DNA of 64,000 nucleotides, taken from contig ML978131.1 in the NCBI GenBank assembly GCA_010015805.1, positions 558,001 to 622,000 on the forward strand, given 5' to 3'. A model generated the notes under the pieces. It had not been told where the DNA came from. It worked only from the letters and a program-made list of their open reading frames with translations, and searched no databases. The stretch is from Rhizodiscina lignyota (taxonomy: Eukaryota). Below are positions 25,458 through 36,566 of the stretch, in pieces; position 1 is the stretch's first letter; each line of letters begins with the position of its first letter. Both the position numbers and the translations under genes were made by a program.

Positions 25458-27008
25458 ATGAGCGTCACAGAAAGCGAATATCAGCTGAATTGTCTGCTCG
25501 ATAAGCATATTCCAAATGATATTGTCCACTGGCGCTACCAGGGTCATGCTTGGTCTTTCTACTTTCCTCGCATCGAGCTTCGATTAACCGTGGATGATGC
25601 CTGGCTCGGGAGCGAGGTACTGGATACATATCTCGGCATTAGTCGTACGGTTATAGATCCAATTCGGGCGGAGATCCGCAGCATTCTCAATGGTACGACC
25701 GTCCATACATGCGTACGCCCCTCACAGGCCTTCAAGATTGCGATTGCTTTCCTCCAAGCGCTCGAACGCATTTCGGAATTTGAGCAGGAGTACACCATTA
25801 AAACAGTCGAACAGCAGAAGGTGAGCGCAAAATGGAAGGCTGGCGACACTCTTAACTGGCAGACAATCATTGACAATCCTTACGGGCTGGACATCGCAAG
25901 CGTTGAAGACACTGCCTCTCACATCCTCAAGATGACACCTGAGCAAGTCTGCAAGGACATACATCCAGCATGGCGTATTATTCACATTGAATCGATCATG
26001 CGCCCTGATCTAGCGAAGCGCTTCGTTCACTACCAACAGATGCTCGAGTCGAACGCAAGGAACGAGACGACACACTCACTTCGACACAAGATCCCGCCTC
26101 ACTCAGATCTGCAAGGTCGAGTGCGGGCTACCTTGGAAAGACAAGATATTCTCGATGACATGATTCGTCCGCGACTCACTTTTCATGGCACCATGCTCGC
26201 AAACGTCGGGTCAATCGTTCGACACGGATTCAAGATGCCCGGTAGTTTAGTGAACGGCAAAGTCGTGGCCTCCCCTCGTTCTGGCATAGCCTTCAATCGC
26301 GGAGTCTACTCCTCTCAGGCTCCTTTCTATGCGTTGAGCTACGCATACGGCCAATCTCAAAAGACGCCCATCGGCGACATTCCAAGCATGCGCTTGTTCG
26401 TGTGCGCCACTCTAATGGGCCGCACTCTTCTACCATCCACTGGCCGTAATGTCCACGGTGTGCTTGAAGAGGGTTACGATGCGCATTTCGATGGGAACTT
26501 CGAGTACATTGTTCACGACGATCGCGCCATGCTACCGTGCTACGTCATCCATCTTGATTTCGGTCCAGACGAGGCTCGAAAGGCTCTCAAAGAGGCACAA
26601 GAAAATCCGAAAGCCTTCCACGCTCGACAAAAGGCGTCGAAGGAACACCCAAAGCTTGCACAGGAGTACCTCGCACCAGGCGACAAGCAGCGCGAGAAGG
26701 ACCGAAAGAAAGCCGCGGCGCTCAAGTATTTCCCGTACGGCTTCGGAGCCGCGACGGGGACGACTTTTGTTATTGAGGAGATCGGGGAGATCTCGGATGA
26801 CGAGGAGGAATATGGCGACTGGCAGCAGGATAAGCATGCATTTACTCGTAATGACGAGGATGGCGATGGCGATGGCGATAATTACGAGGAGGAGTGGAAT
26901 GAGAATGGAGAGATGGTCACGGTGAAGAGAGGCAATTTTTTGGACCAGTATCAGAGAGCCAGGCAAGCTCCAGCACTGAGGAAAGTGAGTGCAGCCAAGG
27001 ACGCGTAG
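25458..27008 (+). CDS. PARP-like (ARTD-type) ADP-ribosyltransferase domain protein
   Basis: Intronless. FHGT (26181), SIVRHGF, GVYSS..YALSY (26301), LFVCATLMG, NFEYIVH (about 26496), LPCYVI; acidic tail. Confidence 0.82.
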   Translation: MSVTESEYQLNCLLDKHIPNDIVHWRYQGHAWSFYFPRIELRLTVDDAWLGSEVLDTYLGISRTVIDPIRAEIRSILNGTTVHTCVRPSQAFKIAIAFLQALERISEFEQEYTIKTVEQQKVSAKWKAGDTLNWQTIIDNPYGLDIASVEDTASHILKMTPEQVCKDIHPAWRIIHIESIMRPDLAKRFVHYQQMLESNARNETTHSLRHKIPPHSDLQGRVRATLERQDILDDMIRPRLTFHGTMLANVGSIVRHGFKMPGSLVNGKVVASPRSGIAFNRGVYSSQAPFYALSYAYGQSQKTPIGDIPSMRLFVCATLMGRTLLPSTGRNVHGVLEEGYDAHFDGNFEYIVHDDRAMLPCYVIHLDFGPDEARKALKEAQENPKAFHARQKASKEHPKLAQEYLAPGDKQREKDRKKAAALKYFPYGFGAATGTTFVIEEIGEISDDEEEYGDWQQDKHAFTRNDEDGDGDGDNYEEEWNENGEMVTVKRGNFLDQYQRARQAPALRKVSAAKDA

Positions 27009-29108
27009 AGAAGCGCAAAGATGAGGAGTATGTAGAATGCTGTGGCGTCTGATTCGCTATCTGCAAAGTGGCGTGACTGGAGTGTGATTCCATGCATCGT
27101 CAAGAAATATCAGATGATCAGTATCGAAAGACATAGCAAACAAGGAAATACTCATACTTGCAGTGAAAACCAGGATTTTACGTGAACTTGGCTCTCTCCA
27201 AGCTGCAGAATGCCTGGTTAATTGGATCGTGAAGCAAAAGCCCGCGGGAAGCCTCAAAGTAGAGTTCGCTCCAAATTCGCTCGCAATGCTCGCAGTGTCA
27301 TAAATCTGACCCGATGCTGTAAGGCTGAAGAAGCTCAAGTAATCACTCAAATGTGCATTAGATGCATCTCGACTTTCTTGCAGAGGCGTGAGGATTTTCC
27401 CAGGCAGACCATTATCTCGACCGAGAATACGGCCAGTGAGCTAGGATGGTGTAAGTCAGTGCTGGACCCTGATCACCCTCACTCACGGCCGACGGGGCGG
27501 CGCCCGACTAAGCATATTGTAGATCTCCATTCGTGTTTCCGGTAGGCATATGGCACGATACCACGCTCTGGGGTGGCGCGGGCACGCGTGTCGCGGTAGA
27601 TGATTGAGGGGAGTTCTAGAGGGACCCCATGTCGCGCGCAACCATTCAGCCGAGGGAGGAGTCGTGCAGATACGACCAGAACAACTCGTTCTGGTTTGGA
27701 ATCCGTCCCATGAATGCTCAACGACAGCCGCTGCTACATACTATTCGACTCGGCTTGAGGCGGTCGCGCAAGTGGACCTTTCGAGCGTGAATCTGGTCAG
27801 GTGCTTATGATACCCTTTATCAGCCCTACGAAAGCGTCAGCGACGGCTTCTTCGGGAACATTTGGGAGTCGAGAAAGTGGCAAGTGCAGCAAAAGAGCAA
27901 GCGATAGGAAGCGCTTTTGGGCACTTGTCTGAAGGAGATAGGATAGAAGCTGTATTAGAAGGCTTATGCGACTCCGTACGAAATACCTACTGCCTGTGAG
28001 GCTCAAGGATGGTGCGCAGGGGTCCAAAGGAAACGTTCATCCTTGCGACGGAAGGCGTAGAAGCTGTGTGGCAGCTCGCCGTGCCGCTACCGGCTCGAGG
28101 TCAGCGTGGCACAAGTTCTGACAGCTGTTGACAGCGTCTTCGCAATCGCAACGTGGTTGACTAACCGCACTTCGTTCCCATGTGCTACGCAAGTTGAGGC
28201 GGCGGCCAGTGAGGATTTCTTGATCTGGTTATCAATCATCAGCTAAAGAAAGGGTCCCGTCCCTTTGACGCGCAGCTGAGATGCCGGAAAAGGCCAGCCA
28301 CATGCTGCAAACACACAGGGCAGGTGTGTCGAGTAGTCTGCGCCGTAGCTGCAGCGGCAGCTTCCTTGAGGATCGCGCATGCGGAGGGTGGGAAGGTGTC
28401 TCCTGGTCGGCGGGCTCTCGAACGAGAGCGCGCAGCTGCTCGGTTTGCCGCAGGTCGCTTATAGGGAAGGCTAATGCAGGGCTGAGCGCACCTGAGGGCG
28501 GGTCGCGCATGCACTCAGGCTGATCTTGGTAAGGGTGGGTCCCCTCCCCGAAATCTAGAATCGCTGCGCTGCTGCTGGGAGGTGGGGGCTCCGGGGTGCC
28601 ATTTGGAACGCGAGATATACTTTTCCACCACCCTCATGCTGCACAAGCTTCTTGATCCTGCTCTCTCCCCTTACTCCTGAGTCCTGGCCTTTCACTTCTC
28701 CTCACTGTGGAATTCACCGAGCGTTGCACTGTTTCGGAATCAGGGAGACAGGAAGCCACGAGGGCCACATTTCCGGGGTAATATATTGATTGAAAGCCAC
28801 CGGGAATTTTTGCGTCGTCCTATATCACAGAATTGGCGCCTATCATCTGGTCGCACTACCGACAAACCTGTCCCACAAGTAGCCGACGATCGGCTGCGAT
28901 TGAGGAACGTCATATCCAAATCACTATTGCTTCTGGACCATGTCTCATAAACCGCCATCGGTCGTCTTTTAAGCCACAGCGGCGTTGACCCATTGCTTTC
29001 CAGCTCCTGGCAACAACTCGACTCCTGAACCAAACTTCCCATTCCCGGTATATATATTCTTTCAACAAATTGAAGAGCTTGGCATAGTACAGGTCGTCTT
29101 CGGTCAAA

Positions 29109-31301
29109 ATGTCGGAAAGTCTTGCGGAGCGGATGTTCAGCAATATGCTGTCTAGAGAGACATCATCGACCACGCCGAATCCTTCGACAGAACAAGGGTC
29201 GAATTCGAATGCAAATCGGAATCGCACCGGGAACCAACCTTACGGCTACCACAATACCTTCCACCTGCACGCCATCCCCTCATTACCTCCTCCACATCCA
29301 CCGCCTACCTACGACCATGCTACCTCAAAATCGTTCCGAGTCCACAAACCGACCGCCGATGTGCTGCCCCGGTACAAATGCACACTACACCTCGAATCCC
29401 AGCTCGGCGTCAAATGTGAGATGACGTCTCCTTTCATGCTGGCGCCGCCTTCCGCGTCACACTGGCACGACGTCTACGCTGTACTTCATGGAACACAGCT
29501 GCGCTTGTACCGTCTGAAGTCCCCCTCACACATTAATATCCTTGGCAAGTCGAAACCAGCATTGGCAGGGCGGCTCCTCAAATCTTACAGCATGCAGCAT
29601 GCGGAGGTTGGGCTGGCAACGGACGTAAAGAAGAGCGATCCCGTACCAAGATCCACGTTGGGCAAGCTGATTCCTGCGGCCGCAAGAGCAAAGGTCTTCG
29701 AGACCGATCCGCATCTATTCGAGCCGATTCGTGAGCACATGATTCGTCTACGGCTCGAAACAGAGCAATTCCTGCTATCTGCTAGCACAGCAGAGGAGAT
29801 GCTCGACTGGGTTGAGTCATTGTGCACTGCGATAGACATATCGATGCCTCTCGAAGACCGTTCAGAGCCACGCTACCGCAGTCTTCCACGCAGAAATCGG
29901 CGTCAAGAAGGGCGGAGCAGCACAGAATCGCGTCTCTCAAACCTAGAATCGAGGACAGCTTTGGTCAGACAGCAGGAGCGGATCATGAGAGAAATGTATC
30001 CGCACCTCGCTGCTGACGATGACGAGGAGAATCCGAGAAGATCAGAATCAGGGACTAATAGTCGTCCAAGGCAGGCCACTGCGGATGAGGAAGCCGCTGC
30101 TCAGAATGCAGATCCAGATGCGGATGACCTGGACCCAGAAGATGCAATGATCCCGTCCATCTCTGTGACGACCGCAAGTCCAACGCCATATATTGACAAC
30201 GGGGCTCCTGACTCGGTAGAATCTTATTTTGACCTCCTTAGACCATCGAACGGTCAACATGGTGCTAGTGGTACTACTACCGCATCAACGCCTTCATTAC
30301 CGTCTAACTTTGGACGGTCTCTCCCTTCAGCCTCGACTTCAGTCAACTCGTTGCAATCAACGCCGCTTTCACAACGGACAGCACGCACATCCCTTTCTAC
30401 GTCTCGCGATATTGACACGAAGCCCCCTCGGCGTCCCACTCCACAGCTTACACCCGCTGCTACCATGCGCTACCGACGACGTTGTGCGCCTATTCTGCTC
30501 GCATCATCCCCGCGCGCATCGGATGTTATCATTGCACCGCAATACATCCCACACTCTGCCAAGAAGAATACCAATGACGAAGGTACTCCGTTGAGGCGTG
30601 TCAAGGTGGACATGCGCCGACACAGGCTCCAGTCTTGGGAGACGCTTCCGCCAAAGTACGAAGTCCATCCGTTCGCCGATGTCAACACATCGACAACATC
30701 AGTACCCTCGGTTAGCGTCAGTACTTCAGAGCCGGTACCTGAGCCATATAACAGAGCGGCGACTACCCGCGTTCAGCCCGTTGCCGATCCGACTGTTTCA
30801 TTTGAACCACATCCTGCCATTCGCCCTCCCCTATTCCCACGCGGATCAGATGCCAGCATGCTCTCCAACAGCTCAGCCACCACCTCTGGTACTACCGGCA
30901 GCACCAGCAATTCAGACCTCGCCTCCGCGAGCGATGAGTTCCTCGCGGCACACCTGACGAGATTCCGGCTCCCGGGCAGCTTCGACGGTACGTGGCGTGA
31001 AGATGATGAGATTAGCTCAGTGCCCATGGTGCGCGAGGAGAGCTCATCCTCATCCGTGGTGGAAGGAAGGACCCCCTTGCCCAGCCCGTCGCTCACCAAG
31101 ACGATTACTCAAGAATCGATCTTGGGCGCACCTGCATGTGCGGAGGACAAGGCGGGGAAGCAGAGTAGGAGGCACTCCATCTCCATCCCGGCGAAGTTTG
31201 GGCTGAAGAGGTCGGATAAAGAGGCGCTGAAGGCTCTTCGGCCGGTCGGCGGAGCGGCGGGGAATGGCGAGGTTGCGTCTTTTGCGGCGCTGTTGTTTTA
31301 G
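29109..31301 (+). CDS. PH-domain protein with PY motifs and a disordered tail
   Basis: 730-aa ORF. WHDVYAVLHGTQLRLY, YSMQHAEVGLATD, IRLRLETEQFLL, LDWVESLCTAIDIS; PPTY, LPRY and PPKY motifs. Confidence 0.85.
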   Translation: MSESLAERMFSNMLSRETSSTTPNPSTEQGSNSNANRNRTGNQPYGYHNTFHLHAIPSLPPPHPPPTYDHATSKSFRVHKPTADVLPRYKCTLHLESQLGVKCEMTSPFMLAPPSASHWHDVYAVLHGTQLRLYRLKSPSHINILGKSKPALAGRLLKSYSMQHAEVGLATDVKKSDPVPRSTLGKLIPAAARAKVFETDPHLFEPIREHMIRLRLETEQFLLSASTAEEMLDWVESLCTAIDISMPLEDRSEPRYRSLPRRNRRQEGRSSTESRLSNLESRTALVRQQERIMREMYPHLAADDDEENPRRSESGTNSRPRQATADEEAAAQNADPDADDLDPEDAMIPSISVTTASPTPYIDNGAPDSVESYFDLLRPSNGQHGASGTTTASTPSLPSNFGRSLPSASTSVNSLQSTPLSQRTARTSLSTSRDIDTKPPRRPTPQLTPAATMRYRRRCAPILLASSPRASDVIIAPQYIPHSAKKNTNDEGTPLRRVKVDMRRHRLQSWETLPPKYEVHPFADVNTSTTSVPSVSVSTSEPVPEPYNRAATTRVQPVADPTVSFEPHPAIRPPLFPRGSDASMLSNSSATTSGTTGSTSNSDLASASDEFLAAHLTRFRLPGSFDGTWREDDEISSVPMVREESSSSSVVEGRTPLPSPSLTKTITQESILGAPACAEDKAGKQSRRHSISIPAKFGLKRSDKEALKALRPVGGAAGNGEVASFAALLF

Positions 31302-32232
31302 CGAAAAGCATTGCTGGCGACGAATTTATTATTTTTTCTAGGTCTGTTTTATTGGGCACCTTATGCTTTGACGAGATGGCTTTCGATTACTCCGTACAGC
31401 GTGCATAGCGTGCGTGAGGGACTGGCAGGGCTGGCGACTCGTGAGGCATCGGTGTAAGATCGATGTGAGAATGATGATGCGATTTATGGGAGAGATACCC
31501 CTACTTTTACCTAACATAGTAGATTGAGAATACCGATATTGATGCCGTGAGGGTCGAAGCTGAAATAAATGTTCCTGTTGAAGCAAGCCTGTCAATGGTG
31601 ATGATTGCCTGCGAAGGTTGATCAAATTTTGGGTAGCACGCACCGAAAGCTGGGTGGCTCAGTCCACCCAATCGGTTGATTTTCGGGTACCTAGCGTCTT
31701 CGTTTGCTCTCAAAGTCCGCCGAGGCTAGATGCAGAGACTTTTCTATCGACAGATCACAACCTTTGCGGAGTACCTTTCGAAGTCGGCCCAAAGACCCCA
31801 CAATGCCCTTCGAGCTGCCATTTTGTAATTTCCTGGAGAAATATCAAGTTTTGCATGTTTGGGAGCCAATTTCCTGCCTGCCTAGAGTCCCCCACAGGCT
31901 TTGGTTCGTTGCTGCGTTAATGAAGAGCCACACTTGTGTAGCGCTCTATCCTTTTCACTAACGGGGCTCTGTTCCTCAATCTCAAACACGGCGGTACCTA
32001 GCCAACGAAGACGTTTCACTATTGATTATACTTGCATATACAGGATCTGAATCACTAGCCAAAACTAACCGTCCAGTTTAGAAGTGGCAGTGATGTGTTG
32101 GTAAAGGGCGCGGCCCGCTACCTGTGTGCTACAATACACAGCATATCGCCCTTAGTGTATAAAGGCAATAGCAAGGCTCGAGTTTCATTAAAGTCGCATT
32201 TCCATCGTTACTACCTCAAAAGTTTGGACACG

Positions 32233-32749
32233 ATGCCGCTCATTACAATAACTCGTAGTATCCTTTCGTTATCGTTTGTGAAATTCCTAGCATCCCAGAG
32301 CTATCCGGCTTGCTACGGGGTAAACGGGTCAGATGATACCCGCAGTGGTACTGCTCTCTTGCCTTGTAAGGCATCGTCGGACGATGGCTACAGCAACTGC
32401 GTCTTGCGAAAACAACCATCAAGGAGCAGCAGTGGGTGTGGGCCCTGGAGTGCCGCTGGTGCTGTGTTTCATTACCAAGACCGTCCTAGCTGCCATGTTA
32501 TGCATGCGGCGACCGAAGAACGAATCAAAGCAGCATCCAGACGTATCCGGATATGCGGTATCTAGATATCCCAATGCCCATCAATACTCTACATTGGTAC
32601 AAGGCGCACCGAAAGTGGAGCTTCCGACTGAGAGGATCCTTCAGAACCGCACACAGATCCAAAGGCAACAATCGATTCACGTAGACTCATATGTGGGAAC
32701 TTGTATAGAGTCATTGAAGACGTTGGAATTGCTTCCCAGGCAATATTGA
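32233..32749 (+). pseudogene. Degenerate Cys-rich single-pass surface protein
   Basis: Frame A: signal-like segment plus CYGVNGS...LLPC...YSNC. Frame B: ATATASC, GAAVGVGPGVPL TM segment and a VELP tail. The only GT..AG I found that fixes the frame (32366-32393) is 28 nt, too short for an intron. Confidence 0.5.
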
Positions 32750-32967
32750 GCATATCTCGATACTGATTTCAGCCCTCGGAGCGAGAACTTTAGAGATTCC
32801 GTCTTCTCCCTAGTATTTTCTCGCTCGCTATGTTGGCCGCCGCACCTTGCACGAACTCCTCTTGTAATCAAACCCGCTACAATCGACCGGCTTGCCCGAG
32901 GTAGAAGCGTAGCTTGTTTTGAGTCGGCCTATGTTTGCGTACTTTTTGGCGGGGCCTTGCTAACTTT

Positions 32968-33699
32968 TTAAGCGCCATCGACTGGTCGCCAGTATTCACA
33001 AGGTCCTTCATTCCAACGTTTCTGTGCCTCCTCATCGCTCCCTTGAATGCGCGCAATACCAAGGTCTACCATAAAGTCGGACAGCTTCTTCAGTCGGTCA
33101 AGATCGTTGCCCCACCCCCGGCGATACCGTTTGGGGTCTCGAACAACCTCATCCACAACCAAACGCCTCAATGCTGAATTCGTTGGCGTTGTCGCATATA
33201 CCATCTCGATATCCTCAATCTTCAGATCCCTGTCGTGATAGGAGCTCCAAAGAGTACTTGTGGCATCGTTGGCCAACTGTACGACGCCGAGCTTATCGGC
33301 TAAGACGTAAAGGTTGATGGCTTGCTTAACCTGCCCGGTATCCAGACTCCGTAAGGTCTCCGTGGGGTTCAGAGCGTCGCAGCCATCCGTGTATATGTAT
33401 TGCAGGAAGGCGCCGAAGACGCCAGGATTATCCTCAGGAAGTTCGACAACGCCAGTCTTGCCTTCCCGCCATTCCCTGTTACAGGCAGCCCGGAAGAAGG
33501 GAGATACCCCGCAAATCAAGGATCGATGAACTATGAAAGCGGAACATGATGCAGGCGCAGTCCCAACTACTACCTTGATCGTGTCACTCTTGAAGTGCTC
33601 CCTGTACATACGCAAACGTTTGTTAGAGCGACGTTGCCTTGTTCTTGTGAGTCCGCGCAAGACTTACACGTTCACTCCTCTCTTGTAGTTCGATGACAT
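32968..33699 (-). CDS. BTB/POZ-domain protein
   Basis: ATG 33699, intron 33602-33667. IKVVVG, FIVHRSLICGVSPFFRAAC..WREG, VELPEDNPGVFGAFLQYIYT, LYVLADKL, SALRRLVVD. Confidence 0.88.
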
Positions 33700-34100
33700 C
33701 TTGAAGTATGTTTAGCTTGGCTCTCGGGCCTTGTTCGACTTATTCAACGAGGTTGAAACTTGGATATTGTCGGAGCATGAGGGGAAGCTTCTTGGGTAGG
33801 TGTTGCTAGAGAGAGATGTTATTCGAGAGAGGAATCCACGGAGAGTGAGAATTAGCTATATACATTGTTGTATCATACCTGATTTAGCGTATCATCCCTT
33901 GGCAAACATCTTGAAGATGTTGATCGGCAAAAGTTTCGCCAATATATTCTGTTGGAGAGCTGTCGAGGTTTGCAAGGTTTGCAGATGAGTGACACAGATT
34001 TCATTAAGATTCCTGTTTAAACTTCATTCAGTTGATATGAATCTGAGATCAACTTGAAGGAGCTCTCCTGGCATGAATCCTCAACATTGCTGTGTGGACC

Positions 34101-34777
34101 TCAGGACCAACTCACGAAATTTGCCTCGGGGCCAGGAACTCGTGAGAGATCATTGATGAACTCCAGGCACTGCCTTGCGTCTTCATCCCCTTCGGCATGA
34201 GGCTTCTGACGACTCCATGCAAACACAACCCATTGACGAAGTTCATCCCCTGGACGCGAAACCGCGTAAATCTTCCTGACCATATCCATCGTAATTTCAT
34301 CACCGTAACGACCTTGGTAATTCATCACGCCTCGAATCACAGCCGCGAGCAGCTCCGCAATCTCTAGATTTTTAATGAGGACAAAGGCAGAAAGAAGCTT
34401 GTCGAACACATGGTCCTTCAACGGGCCTTGATACCTGACGCCGCTCCTGGTTATTACTTCAACAACAACAGCATCCAAGGTGTGCGATGACAGATTCGGC
34501 CTCGAAAGCAGCTTGTCGGCGTAGTTTATCACCATTTTAAAAGCGTCGGGGTCGTGCTCCGGGAGCATGTAGCCATTCAAGTTTTTCCTGCGGGCAAGGT
34601 AGGATGATGCATTTCTGATGACTTTCTCGCGCACCGCAAAAGTCTCGCGTTCGAATGTACCCGGGCCTGAACCGACGGTGATATTAACAATGGGTCCGAA
34701 GCTGTCAACCTACAATCGTCAACATCAGTCGATTATTGTCGATTGACAAGGGAGAGTACTAATGTCGCTTCTTCCAT
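34101..34777 (-). CDS. Divergent BTB/POZ-like protein
   Basis: Reading upstream of the ORF gives FGPIVNITVG..ETFAVREKVIRNASSY, then LPEHDPDAFKMVINY and DELRQWVV. A short first exon from ATG 34777 is inferred. Confidence 0.65.
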
Positions 34778-36566
34778 GGTTTACAGGTCAGTTGATAATG
34801 GGAAATTTTGCTATCTGATGAGTGCTAGGTTTTAAGTTTAATCCAAAGATATGAAAGAGCAGTCAAGCTTTTATATGCGCAGAGCAAGGCCATTCGGGAG
34901 TCATTTGACCAAGGCTTGCGGGACATCAAATGCTGAGGACGTTCCACAGGCGTTTATGAATACGCACTCGAACAAACCTCCAACCATCGTGGGCGGAAAG
35001 AAGCGCTTCCATTAGGAATTACGTAGTCGAATGCCGAGTGAGTGGAACAATGAAAGATAGCAGGATCAACTCTTCAGGGAGATATGAGGTGTCGGAGCAC
35101 GAATGATCAATGTGAGTTGATTGAGGAAGGAAGCTCCTCAGGAGAAGTGCAAGGCTATAATTATATACACGCTAAAGCGCACTGATCACCTCCTGACAAT
35201 GTCGCAGTTAATTCTCCGACATCCGAATTGGAAGCTCGTCCAAGAGGACCAAGGCGAGCAGCTCATCGATCGTCGAACGCGCGAACGTATCAGTATTCAA
35301 GCATGAGATAGCCGCAGTCCAACAATTTCGTGAATAGATTATGTCTTGATTGCCTGTTTCGATACTTTCTCAGCGGCGGTCGACACGAAACGCTCCAGTC
35401 GTACCTCCTACAATATGACATTGCCTGCTCTCACACCGACTTCAACGGCGGAAAATTTTGCGAAAGAAGTTTCCCCCATCATCCAATTATAGTACTCTTT
35501 AAAGCTTACTTGCAAAACCACCAACTGCCTCGAGGATCTTCACATCCATGGGCTTTGCCAAGAGTCCCTCCTTCTTGAGCGTCCTTCCCATCTCCTTGAA
35601 TTTCGGAGCCGCTCCGTGCACCCCGATAGCAGATTTGTCCGTATATCTAACGCACGAATTAGCTTCTAAATCCTTGGACAGGTCAATCACTGTATCCATA
35701 CTCCTCAATCATAACTAAATCGGGCGTCTTAGAGCCTATCTGTTTATGTAGATGATATTTCAGAGTCCCAGATTCGTTCTGCTTGACATATTCGGCGTGA
35801 GCGGAGAGGAGCTCTTGGACCTAGACTATTGTTAGCATCTCAGAACGTTTTAGTTTGCTATTATCAATCGCTTTGTATAGCGCAAATATCGTACCCTGTC
35901 GACTTTCCCAGCCGCGGGTGAGATGACCGCGACGATCGCGACTGTCATAATGACTTTACTTTTCTTTGCGGAGTGAACAAAAAAGTATGAAAAGGACGTT
36001 GCAATCTTCGAGATAATTCAACACCTGACCTGTATGGATAGTAGAGATACTCGGCCTTTGTGGAAGCCGATTTGCGGAGGGTCTCATTGATGCCTCGGCT
36101 ATCGTAAGGCGCAGCGCAGGCGGTCTATGTATCCACAATACTGATTACTGAATTTCTCTTTTGCACACCTCTATAGAACCGTTTCATTATATTCGCCTTT
36201 AGCATTTCTAGAAAGCTTCCGTATATCAATGAGTTTGCGTTCGAGGTATCAGGGAGTAGTTTACTGGGCCTGCCTCAGAAGCTTTACTTCTCGTTGTCGC
36301 GAGAGAAGCTACTGCAGCTGGATCTCATACGCTCACGAGAAACTAGCTTCTTCGTACTGCTCGTACGTAGATTGAGCATTCTTCCTATCTCGATGAATTT
36401 GGTTCTATATGCTTCGGCAGCTTACTATGCAGTGACACTTCTACAGTAATGTGCACATGCGAATTTGAGGTCATATCGTTCAATCCTTGATTTGCTATTG
36501 CGCATACCAGCGCAATCTACGTGGGTCTACTTGGGGAAGTTATGTAGACAATTTCTAACTCATCTC

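Noticed and set aside
27050..29100. 2-kb GC-rich intergenic stretch with many short ORFs
   Set aside because: No recognisable coding or RNA motif; consistent with a long promoter and 5' UTR of the PH-domain gene.
31651..31670. Small hairpin TGGGTGG-CTCAGT-CCACCCA
   Set aside because: A 7-bp stem is expected by chance in 64 kb.
35121..35790. Short ORFs between BTB and ARH
   Set aside because: Could be a gene relic, but no coherent exon structure or motif could be built.
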